From assembly GCA_046091445.1 (NCBI GenBank), contig JBJTBO010000091.1:1-46419 (forward strand): 46,419 nt of DNA, given 5' to 3'. Made by a program: the position numbers and the translations under genes. Below the pieces are notes generated by a model. It did not search any database and was not told the DNA's origin. It worked only from the letters and a program-made list of their open reading frames with translations. This DNA comes from Planctomycetaceae bacterium (GTDB taxonomy: Bacteria; Planctomycetota; Planctomycetia; Pirellulales; UBA1268). This document shows, piece after piece, positions 37,225 to 46,419 of this stretch. Position 1 is the stretch's first letter; each line of letters begins with the position of its first letter.

Positions 37225-39192
37225 TCACAGATTCTTGAGCGGACGCTGCGGCTTCGGCGCCATCAACTTCCGGGCGACGTCGTCAGGTCGAGCCGTCGGA
37301 TTGTTGTTGTTCGCGCCCATCTGCATCTGCTTGGCCACGCCGGTGTGCTTCTCCCTCCAGGCGTAGCCCAGAGGCACCTTCAACTCCTCCGACGCGATGT
37401 AGGCCCACGGCGTACCCGGATGGTCCGCCACCACGCGTTCCAGATAGGTGCGGGCCTCACCGGCGAGCTTCTCCATCCGCGAGCTGATGGCACCGAGTTC
37501 GTCGCTGGGCGCCAACTCCCACGTGTCACTGTCGGGATGCTTGAACACCAGGCCCGACTTGGCCTGGCCGAGCACCTCGTTGTAGGCGTCGGCACGGATC
37601 TTCGCCGCCAAAACCCGACCCATCGCAAGGTCGAAGCCGGCCTGCCACCGCTTCTCGCGGATCTTCTCCCGATCGCCGACACCGGCGGCAAGCGACCGGT
37701 GGATGGCGTCGATCGCGGGCTGGAGCCTCGCCACCTCCTTCTGCGCCTCACTGAAAGATGCGGAGAGCTGCGCGTCGTCGCGTCGCGGGAACTCCGTCTG
37801 CACCGCACTGACGGGCTGCAGTTCCGACTTGCCGGCCGCCTCGACGAGGGCCTTCTTCGCCTTGTTCGCGGCCAATTCCTTGTCGAGGTTCGCCTTTGAG
37901 AGGTAGTCGGGCCGGTACTGTCGCATCGCGTCCGATTCGAAGAAGTGGCGCAGCCGCGACGCCCTCGGCGCCGTTTCCGCATCCTTCACGCGCCCCTTCG
38001 AGCCACGGCTGCCGTGGACCGTGAAGTAGATGCCCCCGGTCGAGGCGCAGAGCTTCGACAGGCTGAACGGACCGAAGCCCGAGTCGATCGGCTCGTCGGC
38101 GGGAGACTTCGACGCGACCTTGATCAGCTCCGGGTAGAGCGTCTCCGGGCCCTGATCGACGACCGGCCAGCGCACCTCGCCGTCGGCGTACTTCTGATCG
38201 AACTCCACGAACTTGATCTCCACATGGCGGCGGCCGAACGGCGCCGGCACGCCGACGACGTACACCCGAATGCCCATGCGACGGCAGTACTCGGCCGTCT
38301 CGTCGGCCAATTGCTCGTCGTTGCCGACCTCGTCCGTGAAGACCACGAGCATCACGTTCCGGCCCGCACGCACCTCCTGGGCCTTCCGCGCCGCGGTGCG
38401 CACGGCCGTGAACGTGAGTTCGACGCCCGAGTCATCGATCGGGATCGATTCGATCGCGTCGACGACCGCCTGCCCATCTCGCGTCGGTCGGTCGATCACC
38501 GGGTTGACGCGGTCGCCGTACGCGTAGATGAGATGAAACAGTTCCGACCGCCGCCGCGAGCCGGAGGCGTCGAGTTCCTCGAGGACGCGGGTGAGCCGTG
38601 AGGCGATGTCGCGCCGCTGTCCGGCGAGGCTCACGGACTGGTCGAAGACCCAAAACACCATTGTGTCCTTCTTGTCCAGCGACGCCGCGATCTCGAGGGT
38701 CAGACGATCGACCGCTCCACTCGCTCCGTCGGTGCCCACCGCCGAATCGCCGCGAATCTTGAGCGACGTGTCGAGCGCGAGCGCCACCGGCATGATTTCT
38801 TCCATCAGCTCGATGTGCACGTCGGAATCGACGATCTCCGGCGTATCGACCGCGACGAGCGGAACGTCCGCGATCACCGGAGCGAGTGATTCGGCGACGG
38901 CCTCGCCGCCGTTACTGTTGGCGCCGACCTGGTCGGATGCCTCGACCTCGACGGCGATCGCCTCCGGCTCGAACAGCTCCAGTTCCTCGACCACGGGCTG
39001 CACGATCGCGATGGCCGCGGGCGGCCGCTGGGCCGGGGGCACGACCACCATGGCCAGAAGCATCAGGACGGCGACGTGGACGAGCATGCTCACCAGCCAC
39101 GCCGGTGTTTCGGCGTCGCCCAGAACGCCCTCGTCCCCCACGATCTCGTCCCACCAACTCCCGGTCACATCGGCAGAATCGACTGCTGACAT
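37225..39192 (-). CDS. Membrane-anchored von Willebrand factor A (VWA) domain protein
   Basis: N-terminal TM helix (WLVSMLVHVAVLMLLAMVVV). VWA/MIDAS-like strands DTMVFWVFDQSVSL and VMLVVFTDEVGND. A long helical C-terminal region follows. Confidence 0.8.
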   Translation of the reverse strand: MSAVDSADVTGSWWDEIVGDEGVLGDAETPAWLVSMLVHVAVLMLLAMVVVPPAQRPPAAIAIVQPVVEELELFEPEAIAVEVEASDQVGANSNGGEAVAESLAPVIADVPLVAVDTPEIVDSDVHIELMEEIMPVALALDTSLKIRGDSAVGTDGASGAVDRLTLEIAASLDKKDTMVFWVFDQSVSLAGQRRDIASRLTRVLEELDASGSRRRSELFHLIYAYGDRVNPVIDRPTRDGQAVVDAIESIPIDDSGVELTFTAVRTAARKAQEVRAGRNVMLVVFTDEVGNDEQLADETAEYCRRMGIRVYVVGVPAPFGRRHVEIKFVEFDQKYADGEVRWPVVDQGPETLYPELIKVASKSPADEPIDSGFGPFSLSKLCASTGGIYFTVHGSRGSKGRVKDAETAPRASRLRHFFESDAMRQYRPDYLSKANLDKELAANKAKKALVEAAGKSELQPVSAVQTEFPRRDDAQLSASFSEAQKEVARLQPAIDAIHRSLAAGVGDREKIREKRWQAGFDLAMGRVLAAKIRADAYNEVLGQAKSGLVFKHPDSDTWELAPSDELGAISSRMEKLAGEARTYLERVVADHPGTPWAYIASEELKVPLGYAWREKHTGVAKQMQMGANNNNPTARPDDVARKLMAPKPQRPLKNL

Positions 39193-39331
39193 GGCAACGC
39201 CGTCCTTTTTCGACGAAGATCGTCGGACGCCACGGACCCCTGGATTCGGACGGTTTCTCCCGTTCGAAAGCCTCTGTATTCTAATCGGTCAGGGCGAGGC
39301 ACGCGACCAGAATTCCGAGGGAAGGTGAGGG

Positions 39332-40366
39332 ATGACTGGACCAAACGGGAATCGGCACCGCACGGGGACCGTGGTTTCGTGGGCCTGCGTTCTGCTCGCC
39401 TCGACCGTGGGAGGGTTCCCGGCCCCCGTCCGCGGGCAGACCCCACCCCCGGTGCCTGCGGCGGAGAGCCTGGAACTGCAGACCAGCGACGGTGTGCAGC
39501 TGAACGCGGCCTATTACCCGGCGGCGGCCGCGGCGCAGGGGGCGACCCCTCCGGCGGCACCGGTCGCGGTCCCCGTCGTCATCCTCCTCCATGATCTGGG
39601 TGGCTCGAGTGAAACCGTTGCGGGGCTTGCCCTGGCCCTGCAGAAGCGAGGAATCGCCGTCGTCGCTCCCGATCTTCGCGGTCACGGCGGCAGCACCGAG
39701 CGCATGGGCGGCGGAGCGAGCCTCGACGCCAAGACCCTGAAGAAGCCGGACTTCGAAGCGATGATTCATTCCCGTGGCGGTCGCCTGCGTGAGCAGGCCG
39801 CCATGCGGGGAGACGTGGAGACGATTCGCGGCTGGATCAGGGACATGGCCAGTCGCGGCGTGTTCGACATGAAACGGTTGTTCCTGGTCGGCTCCGGTGT
39901 CGGGGCCGCCGTCGCGACGGGCTGGACGGTGGAAGATGCCGCCTGGCCCGATATCGCCAGCGGCCCGCAGGGCCGGGATGTGCGGGGCCTCGTGATGATC
40001 AGCCCCACCTGGACGACACGCGGCTTCTCGATCTCACCGACCCTGTCCGCCGACGTCGTGAAGCGGGCGATCCCCATCCTCGTCATCGCCGCCGGCGGCG
40101 AGAAGGGCGAAGGTGAGAAGGATGCGGAGCGACTCTTCGAGCAGCTCAAGCGTGCCCGACCGGCGGAGTGGTACGAGCAGCTCTCCGACCAAAAGGCTCC
40201 CACGCCAAATCCCAAAAAGGCGGACGACGTTCCAGCGACGCTCTTTTTTCTGGAGCTCGCGACCACGTCCAAGGGTGACGGCCTCGCGACGCTCTCGGGC
40301 CCGAGCGGGGACGTGGCGGGACTGATCGCCGGATTCATGGCGACCGTGGCTCCCGCCGGCAAATGA
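39332..40366 (+). CDS. Secreted alpha/beta-hydrolase-fold protein with an atypical nucleophile elbow
   Basis: Signal-like N-terminus, VVILLHDLGGS and APDLRGHGGS. At the expected GxSxG position the sequence reads LVGSGVGAAV. RBS-like GAGGGAAGGTGAGGG lies before the ATG. Confidence 0.7.
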   Translation: MTGPNGNRHRTGTVVSWACVLLASTVGGFPAPVRGQTPPPVPAAESLELQTSDGVQLNAAYYPAAAAAQGATPPAAPVAVPVVILLHDLGGSSETVAGLALALQKRGIAVVAPDLRGHGGSTERMGGGASLDAKTLKKPDFEAMIHSRGGRLREQAAMRGDVETIRGWIRDMASRGVFDMKRLFLVGSGVGAAVATGWTVEDAAWPDIASGPQGRDVRGLVMISPTWTTRGFSISPTLSADVVKRAIPILVIAAGGEKGEGEKDAERLFEQLKRARPAEWYEQLSDQKAPTPNPKKADDVPATLFFLELATTSKGDGLATLSGPSGDVAGLIAGFMATVAPAGK

Positions 40367-40375
40367 TCGGCTTGG

Positions 40376-40399
40376 GCGGCCGCACGTCGCTCCGGCCGC
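40376..40399. terminator. Hairpin between convergent genes
   Basis: GCGGCCG, a 10-nt loop, then CGGCCGC, in the 36-bp gap between the stops at 40366 and 40403. Confidence 0.3.
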
Positions 40400-40402
40400 G
40401 CG

Positions 40403-41134
40403 TCACCGCGTTCCGAAGGCGGAGCGGGGCTCGATGGCGGCTCCGCCGACACTCTCGAAGGACCAGCGTGGCGGCATGCGAATCTCCAGGCCGATCGGAA
40501 GGAGTGCGGGATCACGGATGATGTCCTGATTGGCCGCATAGATCGCCGCTGCGGCATGCGGGTGCCCGTAGAAGCGCGACGCGATCCCCGCCAGGTCATC
40601 ACCATCCCGCACTCGATAGGTCGCAACCTCGGGGGAGGCTCCGACCGGCTCGCGGGGAGCCGCAGGACCGAGATTCGTTGACACGGCCGTGACCCTCCTC
40701 GCAGGGCCCGCCTCGTCCAGAAGCGGAGGCGGGGGCGTCTCGAGCGCCGAGCGGTAGGTCTGGCCCAGCGGAGGTGCCGGCTCCCACCCGATCGACCACG
40801 GAGGTGGGACGGGCGGAGCCGCCTGGTGCACGAACGCGGCGGGAGGCGCGGGCGGACTGGGTGGCTCGGCGGGCGGCAGGGTGATGCCGGCCGACGACGC
40901 TGCAACCGTCAAGCCGCCGGCGGCCGCCGCGCCGGGTGGCGTAACCGACGCTCCGTCACCCACACCAGCTGCGTGGTCGGAGACCATGCCCGGCGTCGCG
41001 AAGGTGCCGCCTGTGGCGGGGACATGCAGGGAGGCGGCGTCCGCCAGACGTCGCGCGGCGGGCGCGGCCAGCGAGACACCGGCAGCGACGAAGGCGAGCC
41101 CCACGATCAACCGCAGCGTTCGCATCATGGGCAT
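40403..41134 (-). CDS. Secreted LysM (peptidoglycan-binding) domain protein
   Basis: Signal peptide MPMMRTLRLIVGLAFVAAGVSLA. Pro/Ala-rich middle region. C-terminal LysM YRVRDGDDLAGIASRFYGxxxxxxxIYAANQDxIxDPxLLPIGLEIRMP. Confidence 0.8.
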   Translation of the reverse strand: MPMMRTLRLIVGLAFVAAGVSLAAPAARRLADAASLHVPATGGTFATPGMVSDHAAGVGDGASVTPPGAAAAGGLTVAASSAGITLPPAEPPSPPAPPAAFVHQAAPPVPPPWSIGWEPAPPLGQTYRSALETPPPPLLDEAGPARRVTAVSTNLGPAAPREPVGASPEVATYRVRDGDDLAGIASRFYGHPHAAAAIYAANQDIIRDPALLPIGLEIRMPPRWSFESVGGAAIEPRSAFGTR

Positions 41135-41356
41135 CGTCTCCGGAGCCGGGGCACTCTCCCTTCAACCATGCCGTGCCGCCGCCCGGCTCGCCGCGCCGAC
41201 ACACCGGATTGCGTGCCGTGTCTCCGGCTCCTCGCCGGTCGTGACCGCCCCAGTCCCGACAGAATGCGTGCGCCGCACGACCTGCGCCATCGTCACGCGC
41301 CGGCACGTGTCGGCCTGCAGCCCGCCGGCCGCACGCCACGCCGACGCCGGGTCGCC

Positions 41357-44300
41357 TCAGCCTGCGGCGACCGGAGCTCCGGACCGTACCGACTCGCCTG
41401 CCGTGCGGTACTGGAGCCAGAGCACGAAGGGGGCGGCGATGTAGACCGTGCTGTAGGTGCCGACGAGGATACCCACGAGCATGGTGAAGGCGAAGGCATG
41501 AATGCCCTGGCCACCGAAAAGATACAGAATGAGGGTCGCGAGGAACGCCGTGCCCGACGTGAGAATCGTGCGACTGAGCGTGACGTTGAGGGCGTCGTCC
41601 ACCATGTCCGGTGTCACGAACCGGCTCTTGCCGCGAATCTCCCGCAGCCGGTCGAAAATCACGATCGTATCGTTGATCGAGAACCCGACGATCGTGAGGA
41701 GCGCCGCGACCACGTCGAGGCTGATCTTGAAGTCATCGACGAGCGCCCATCCGAGGAACGGGGCCACAAAGTGGCTGAGGGCGAGGCAGGCCACGGCGAC
41801 GAGCACGTCGTGGGCGAGCGCGACCACGGCCGCCAGCCCGAAGGCGACGTTCTGGAACCGCACCCAGACGTAGAGCACGATCATCGCGAGGCTCGCGAGC
41901 AGCGCGTAGACCGCCGTCACTTGGGTGTTGCCGGCGACCTTGCCGCCGATGCTGTTGGCCGACAGGTAGATGGGCGTGCCGTTGAGCTTCGCCGCCACCG
42001 CCTCGAGCACCGTACGGGTCGCCTCCGGATCGAGTGCCGTCGACAGCGTCCACGTGCGCACGGGACGTGTACGGCTCCCCGTCTCGGCCGACTCCAGCTC
42101 GAACGGGACGGCGGCATGGCCGGTGGCCGCGAACCCGGCCTCCAGTGTCGATCGCAGCGTCTCCCGGCCGATCCGCTCGGGAAAGTCGAGGGCGGCGTTC
42201 GTCGTCAGCGCCGTCGAGGCCGCCGCGGGCTCGGCCCCCTCCGCAGGCTTCGACGACACGATCTCGCCGAAGCCCATCGAGTAGGTCGCGAGGCGGCCGG
42301 CGAACGCGCCGCGCAGCGTCTCCTCCACCCGCTCCTCGTCCTTGAGCGACGTGTCGATCTTGTACCGCGTGCCCACGGGTGCGTCGCCCGCCGTCACGGC
42401 GCTGACCGCGACGTCCGGCAGTTCCGCGACGGACCGCCGCACGTCCGCGATGTCGAGCGGCTGATCGGCCTTGAAGGCCACCTGCACGCTCGTGCCTCCG
42501 GTGAAGTCGATGTCGAACAGGCCCTGCCCGCGGCTCCACGCCGCCGCGAGCCCGAGGAGGATGAACGCGATCGATGTGATGATCGCGGGCCGCATGTAGG
42601 CGACGAACGGGAAGTTCGTGCGCCCGAACAGCTTCGCCATCGACAGCCGCGTGATCCAGCGATTCCGCTCCGCGAGGTCGAATGCGACACGGGAGCAGAA
42701 CACGGCCGTGAAGAGATTGAGCGTGAGGCCGAGAATGAGCGTCACGGCGAACCCCTTGAGCTGGTCGGTCCCGATCGCGAAGAGCACGACGCCGGTGATC
42801 ACCGTCGTGAGGTTCGAGTCGAGGATCGTCGAGAAGGCTTTCGCAAAACCGTTGCGGATCGCCATGCGCACCGCCGCGCCGCGCTCGAGTTCCTCGCGCA
42901 TCCGCTCGTAGATGAGGACGTTCGCGTCCACCGACATGCCGACCGAGAGCACGAGCCCGGCCAGGCCGGCGAGCGTGAACGCGGCCTTGATCGAGATCAT
43001 CAGCGCCAGCACGAGCAGGATGTTGAGCAGCACGGCGAGGTCTGCGATGAACCCCGACGCCCGGTAGTAGAGGAGCATGAACGTGAGGACGACGATCGTC
43101 GCGAGCAGCATCGCCCTGGCCCCCGAGCGGATCGTGTCGGCGCCCAGCTGCGGGCTGATCTTCTGCTCGCTGATCGGCTCGCTCTCGAGCGCCGCCGGCA
43201 GGCTCCCGGCGTTGAGCACCTCGACGAGAAAGTCGATGTCCGACTGCCGGAAGTTGCCGGTGATCTGTCCGCTCGACGAGATCGCGCTGCGGATCGTGGG
43301 AGCCGACTGCAGGACGTCGTCGAGGACGATGCCGAGTCGGCTCTCGAGGCGATTGGCCGGGTCCGGCACGTTCTGGCCGGTGAGCAGCCCGAACCGGGCG
43401 GCACCCCGCGAATTGAACGTGAAGTTCACCGCCGGAGAGAGGTTCTGGTCGAACCCGGCGCTCACCCGTCCGAGATCACCGCCCGTCACGTCGAACCGGT
43501 CGAGCATGACGAGCACCTCGACGCGGCCGTCGATTTCGCGCGTCACGAGGCCACGCTGCTCCGACGGGTTCAACTTCTTGGTGTCGAGCTCGATCCAGCG
43601 GCCGACCGGCACGCCGCCCTGCACCACGTTCACACCCGCCGTGACGGCGGCGGCCTCCCGCACCTGCTGATGCCGGGGATCGTCCGGGTTGGCGACGATC
43701 CGAAACTCGAGCACGCCGGCGCTCGACACGATCCGCTTGATGAGGTCGACCTCGGACTGGTCGACTTCGGGAACGATGACCTCGATCTGGTCGAGACCGT
43801 AGCGGCGGACGGTGACCTCCTTCTGACCGCCGGGATTGACCCGGCGACTGACCGCGCCGACGAGCTTGTCCATGTCGACCGGAGCGGCCCGGCCGACGAC
43901 CGAATAGCGACGCTCGTTGGCCGCGGCAGCTGCCGTCGGAAGCGGGCGAAGGTCGGCGTTCTCCAGTTGCAGGGCCGCGATGGCCTGCAGCGCGGCCTCA
44001 CGTTCACCCGCATCTTCCGTGGCGAGCCGCACCACGAGCGTGTCGCCCGAACCACGTTCGACGGTGCCCAGACGGGACTCCGGCGTCACGAGCACCTGCT
44101 CGAGCGCCACGATCGCGTCGTCGATGGCGGAACTCGACTCCCGCGCCGTGTCGACCTGATAGACGAGGATCACGCCCCCCTTCAGATCGATGCCGAGCCG
44201 CGGTGGCCATCCGAGGCACACGACCGCGGCGCCGGCGGCGAGGGGTACGAGCACCGCCGCGATCCGCCCCCACATGTCTCCAGCCCGCAGGCGTCGCGAC

Positions 44301-44449
44301 ACGAGCCACGCCAGCAGCGTCGGGCCGGCAACGGTCAGGAGCGCGAGGCCCCACACGGCCCAGGCCTCCCGCCACCACGGCACCACGGCCGTCGGAACAT
44401 CGGTGGCGGCCTGACCGAACAGGCCGGCCGCAAACAGGAATCCGTTCAT
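41357..44449 (-). CDS. secDF: Fused protein-export membrane protein SecDF
   Basis: SecD periplasmic start GIDLKGGV and RND-like TM bundles (SVGMSVDANVLIYERMREE, and GFSINDTIVIFDRLRE in the SecF half). 1030 aa. The ATG overlaps the yajC stop (ATGA). Confidence 0.95.
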   Translation of the reverse strand: MNGFLFAAGLFGQAATDVPTAVVPWWREAWAVWGLALLTVAGPTLLAWLVSRRLRAGDMWGRIAAVLVPLAAGAAVVCLGWPPRLGIDLKGGVILVYQVDTARESSSAIDDAIVALEQVLVTPESRLGTVERGSGDTLVVRLATEDAGEREAALQAIAALQLENADLRPLPTAAAAANERRYSVVGRAAPVDMDKLVGAVSRRVNPGGQKEVTVRRYGLDQIEVIVPEVDQSEVDLIKRIVSSAGVLEFRIVANPDDPRHQQVREAAAVTAGVNVVQGGVPVGRWIELDTKKLNPSEQRGLVTREIDGRVEVLVMLDRFDVTGGDLGRVSAGFDQNLSPAVNFTFNSRGAARFGLLTGQNVPDPANRLESRLGIVLDDVLQSAPTIRSAISSSGQITGNFRQSDIDFLVEVLNAGSLPAALESEPISEQKISPQLGADTIRSGARAMLLATIVVLTFMLLYYRASGFIADLAVLLNILLVLALMISIKAAFTLAGLAGLVLSVGMSVDANVLIYERMREELERGAAVRMAIRNGFAKAFSTILDSNLTTVITGVVLFAIGTDQLKGFAVTLILGLTLNLFTAVFCSRVAFDLAERNRWITRLSMAKLFGRTNFPFVAYMRPAIITSIAFILLGLAAAWSRGQGLFDIDFTGGTSVQVAFKADQPLDIADVRRSVAELPDVAVSAVTAGDAPVGTRYKIDTSLKDEERVEETLRGAFAGRLATYSMGFGEIVSSKPAEGAEPAAASTALTTNAALDFPERIGRETLRSTLEAGFAATGHAAVPFELESAETGSRTRPVRTWTLSTALDPEATRTVLEAVAAKLNGTPIYLSANSIGGKVAGNTQVTAVYALLASLAMIVLYVWVRFQNVAFGLAAVVALAHDVLVAVACLALSHFVAPFLGWALVDDFKISLDVVAALLTIVGFSINDTIVIFDRLREIRGKSRFVTPDMVDDALNVTLSRTILTSGTAFLATLILYLFGGQGIHAFAFTMLVGILVGTYSTVYIAAPFVLWLQYRTAGESVRSGAPVAAG

Positions 44450-44793
44450 GCGTCGTCTCTCGTCGTGCCCTTGGCCTCCGCATCGCCGCCGCGGTCACCC
44501 ACGACCCTGGCGATGCTCGACAGCGTCACGGTGATCCGTGCGGTGTCATCGATCTTGAGCGTCACGCGGTCCCCCTCGCGGTCCACATTGGCCACCGTGC
44601 CGTAGATGCCCGAGGCCGTCACGACGCGGTCGTTCTTCTTGAGCCCCGCGAGCAATTCCTGCTGCCGCTTTGCCTTCTCCCGTTCCGGCCTGAAGAGGAG
44701 CACGTAGGCCGCCAGCAGCACCAGCGCGATCGGCAGCATCTGCACGATCGTCCGCAGGCCGTCCGGCGCCCCGGCCTGCTGCGCCAGCGTCAT
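44446..44793 (-). CDS. yajC: Preprotein translocase subunit YajC
   Basis: A single TM helix followed by LLFRPEREKAKRQQELLxxLKKNDRVVTASGIYGTV. Start at ATG 44793, with an alternative at 44844. Confidence 0.85.
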   Translation of the reverse strand: MTLAQQAGAPDGLRTIVQMLPIALVLLAAYVLLFRPEREKAKRQQELLAGLKKNDRVVTASGIYGTVANVDREGDRVTLKIDDTARITVTLSSIARVVGDRGGDAEAKGTTRDDA

Positions 44794-44977
44794 GGCGACG
44801 CCCGGGCCCTGTGAAAACGACGTCTGGCTCGGGAGCGACGGCATGGCGGAACCCAGGGAAGCGAAGCGGCAGGCTGCCGGAAGCCCCGGAATGTAGTTCC
44901 CCCGGCGCACGGCGGACAAGGGTGAAGCCCGGGTGGCCCACGTCGAGCCCACTCGCCCGTGACGCCGCGACCGACGT

Positions 44978-46189
<1,212 letters not shown>

Positions 46190-46419
46190 TCACCACCGGG
46201 AGGAGCCGGGGCTGCCCGTGCCATCGAGCCGGCGTAGGTGACCAGCGCAGCCCGGAGGGCGAAAGCGCAGTCACCTTCGAGCGAGCGGAGGGCAGGGATG
46301 CCCGCAGCGAGCGTTCGGCGACGGGCATGGGCAGCCCCGAGCCGCGCGGCAAGCACGCCCCATGGCTCACGCGATCGGGCTTCCCGAGGCGTGATCTCAG
46401 CACGCCGGCTCTCGATGGC

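Noticed and set aside
40826-44605. 1259-aa plus-strand ORF
   Set aside because: It is antisense to LysM, secDF and yajC, which carry unmistakable family motifs. Its composition is shadow-like.

Overview
High-GC (about 70%) bacterial chromosomal segment. The protein architectures (extra-long SecA, membrane-anchored VWA protein, PDZ and LysM envelope proteins, fused SecDF) suggest a Planctomycetota-like organism, but this is inference only. I can support about 36 protein-coding genes, nearly all housekeeping. Left to right: a partial MBL-fold hydrolase, secA, waaA (Kdo transferase), metK, a polytopic membrane protein plus an unlisted 36-codon membrane ORF, and a translationally coupled chain (mannose-1-P guanylyltransferase, alpha/beta hydrolase, ruvX, SDR epimerase). 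Then come an S41 tail-specific protease, cbiX, an FHA/Fis-HTH regulator, an MFS transporter, xseA-xseB-ispA-dxs-nadK plus a secreted unknown, and dnaA. After dnaA: a double-PDZ protein, a DUF374 acyltransferase-like protein, dapF, a 1083-aa AsmA/TamB-like protein, a second MFS transporter, tilS, a lipoprotein, a VWA protein, a second alpha/beta hydrolase, a LysM protein and tgt-yajC-secDF. I found no rRNA, tRNA, CRISPR array, transposase or integrase. The many very long ORFs in the track (1463, 1259, 1115, 845 and 790 aa) are antisense shadow ORFs typical of high-GC DNA. I do not see a clear novel multi-gene system such as a defence island. The observations most worth a second look are: (1) the dnaA locus, which lacks dnaN, has a near-consensus promoter and carries two families of in-frame 24-bp tandem repeats in the linker; (2) the small membrane ORF at 7532..7642 next to an uncharacterised membrane protein; (3) a 3' relic of a paralogous MFS gene downstream of the intact MFS gene; (4) a highly structured 100-nt module bounded by 16-bp direct repeats in the 36929..37224 spacer; (5) SecA with a roughly 47-aa insertion and a multiplied wing-like motif; (6) an FHA/GAF-like/HTH regulator with no AAA+ domain. 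All functional calls rest on motif recognition by eye, since no database search was possible.
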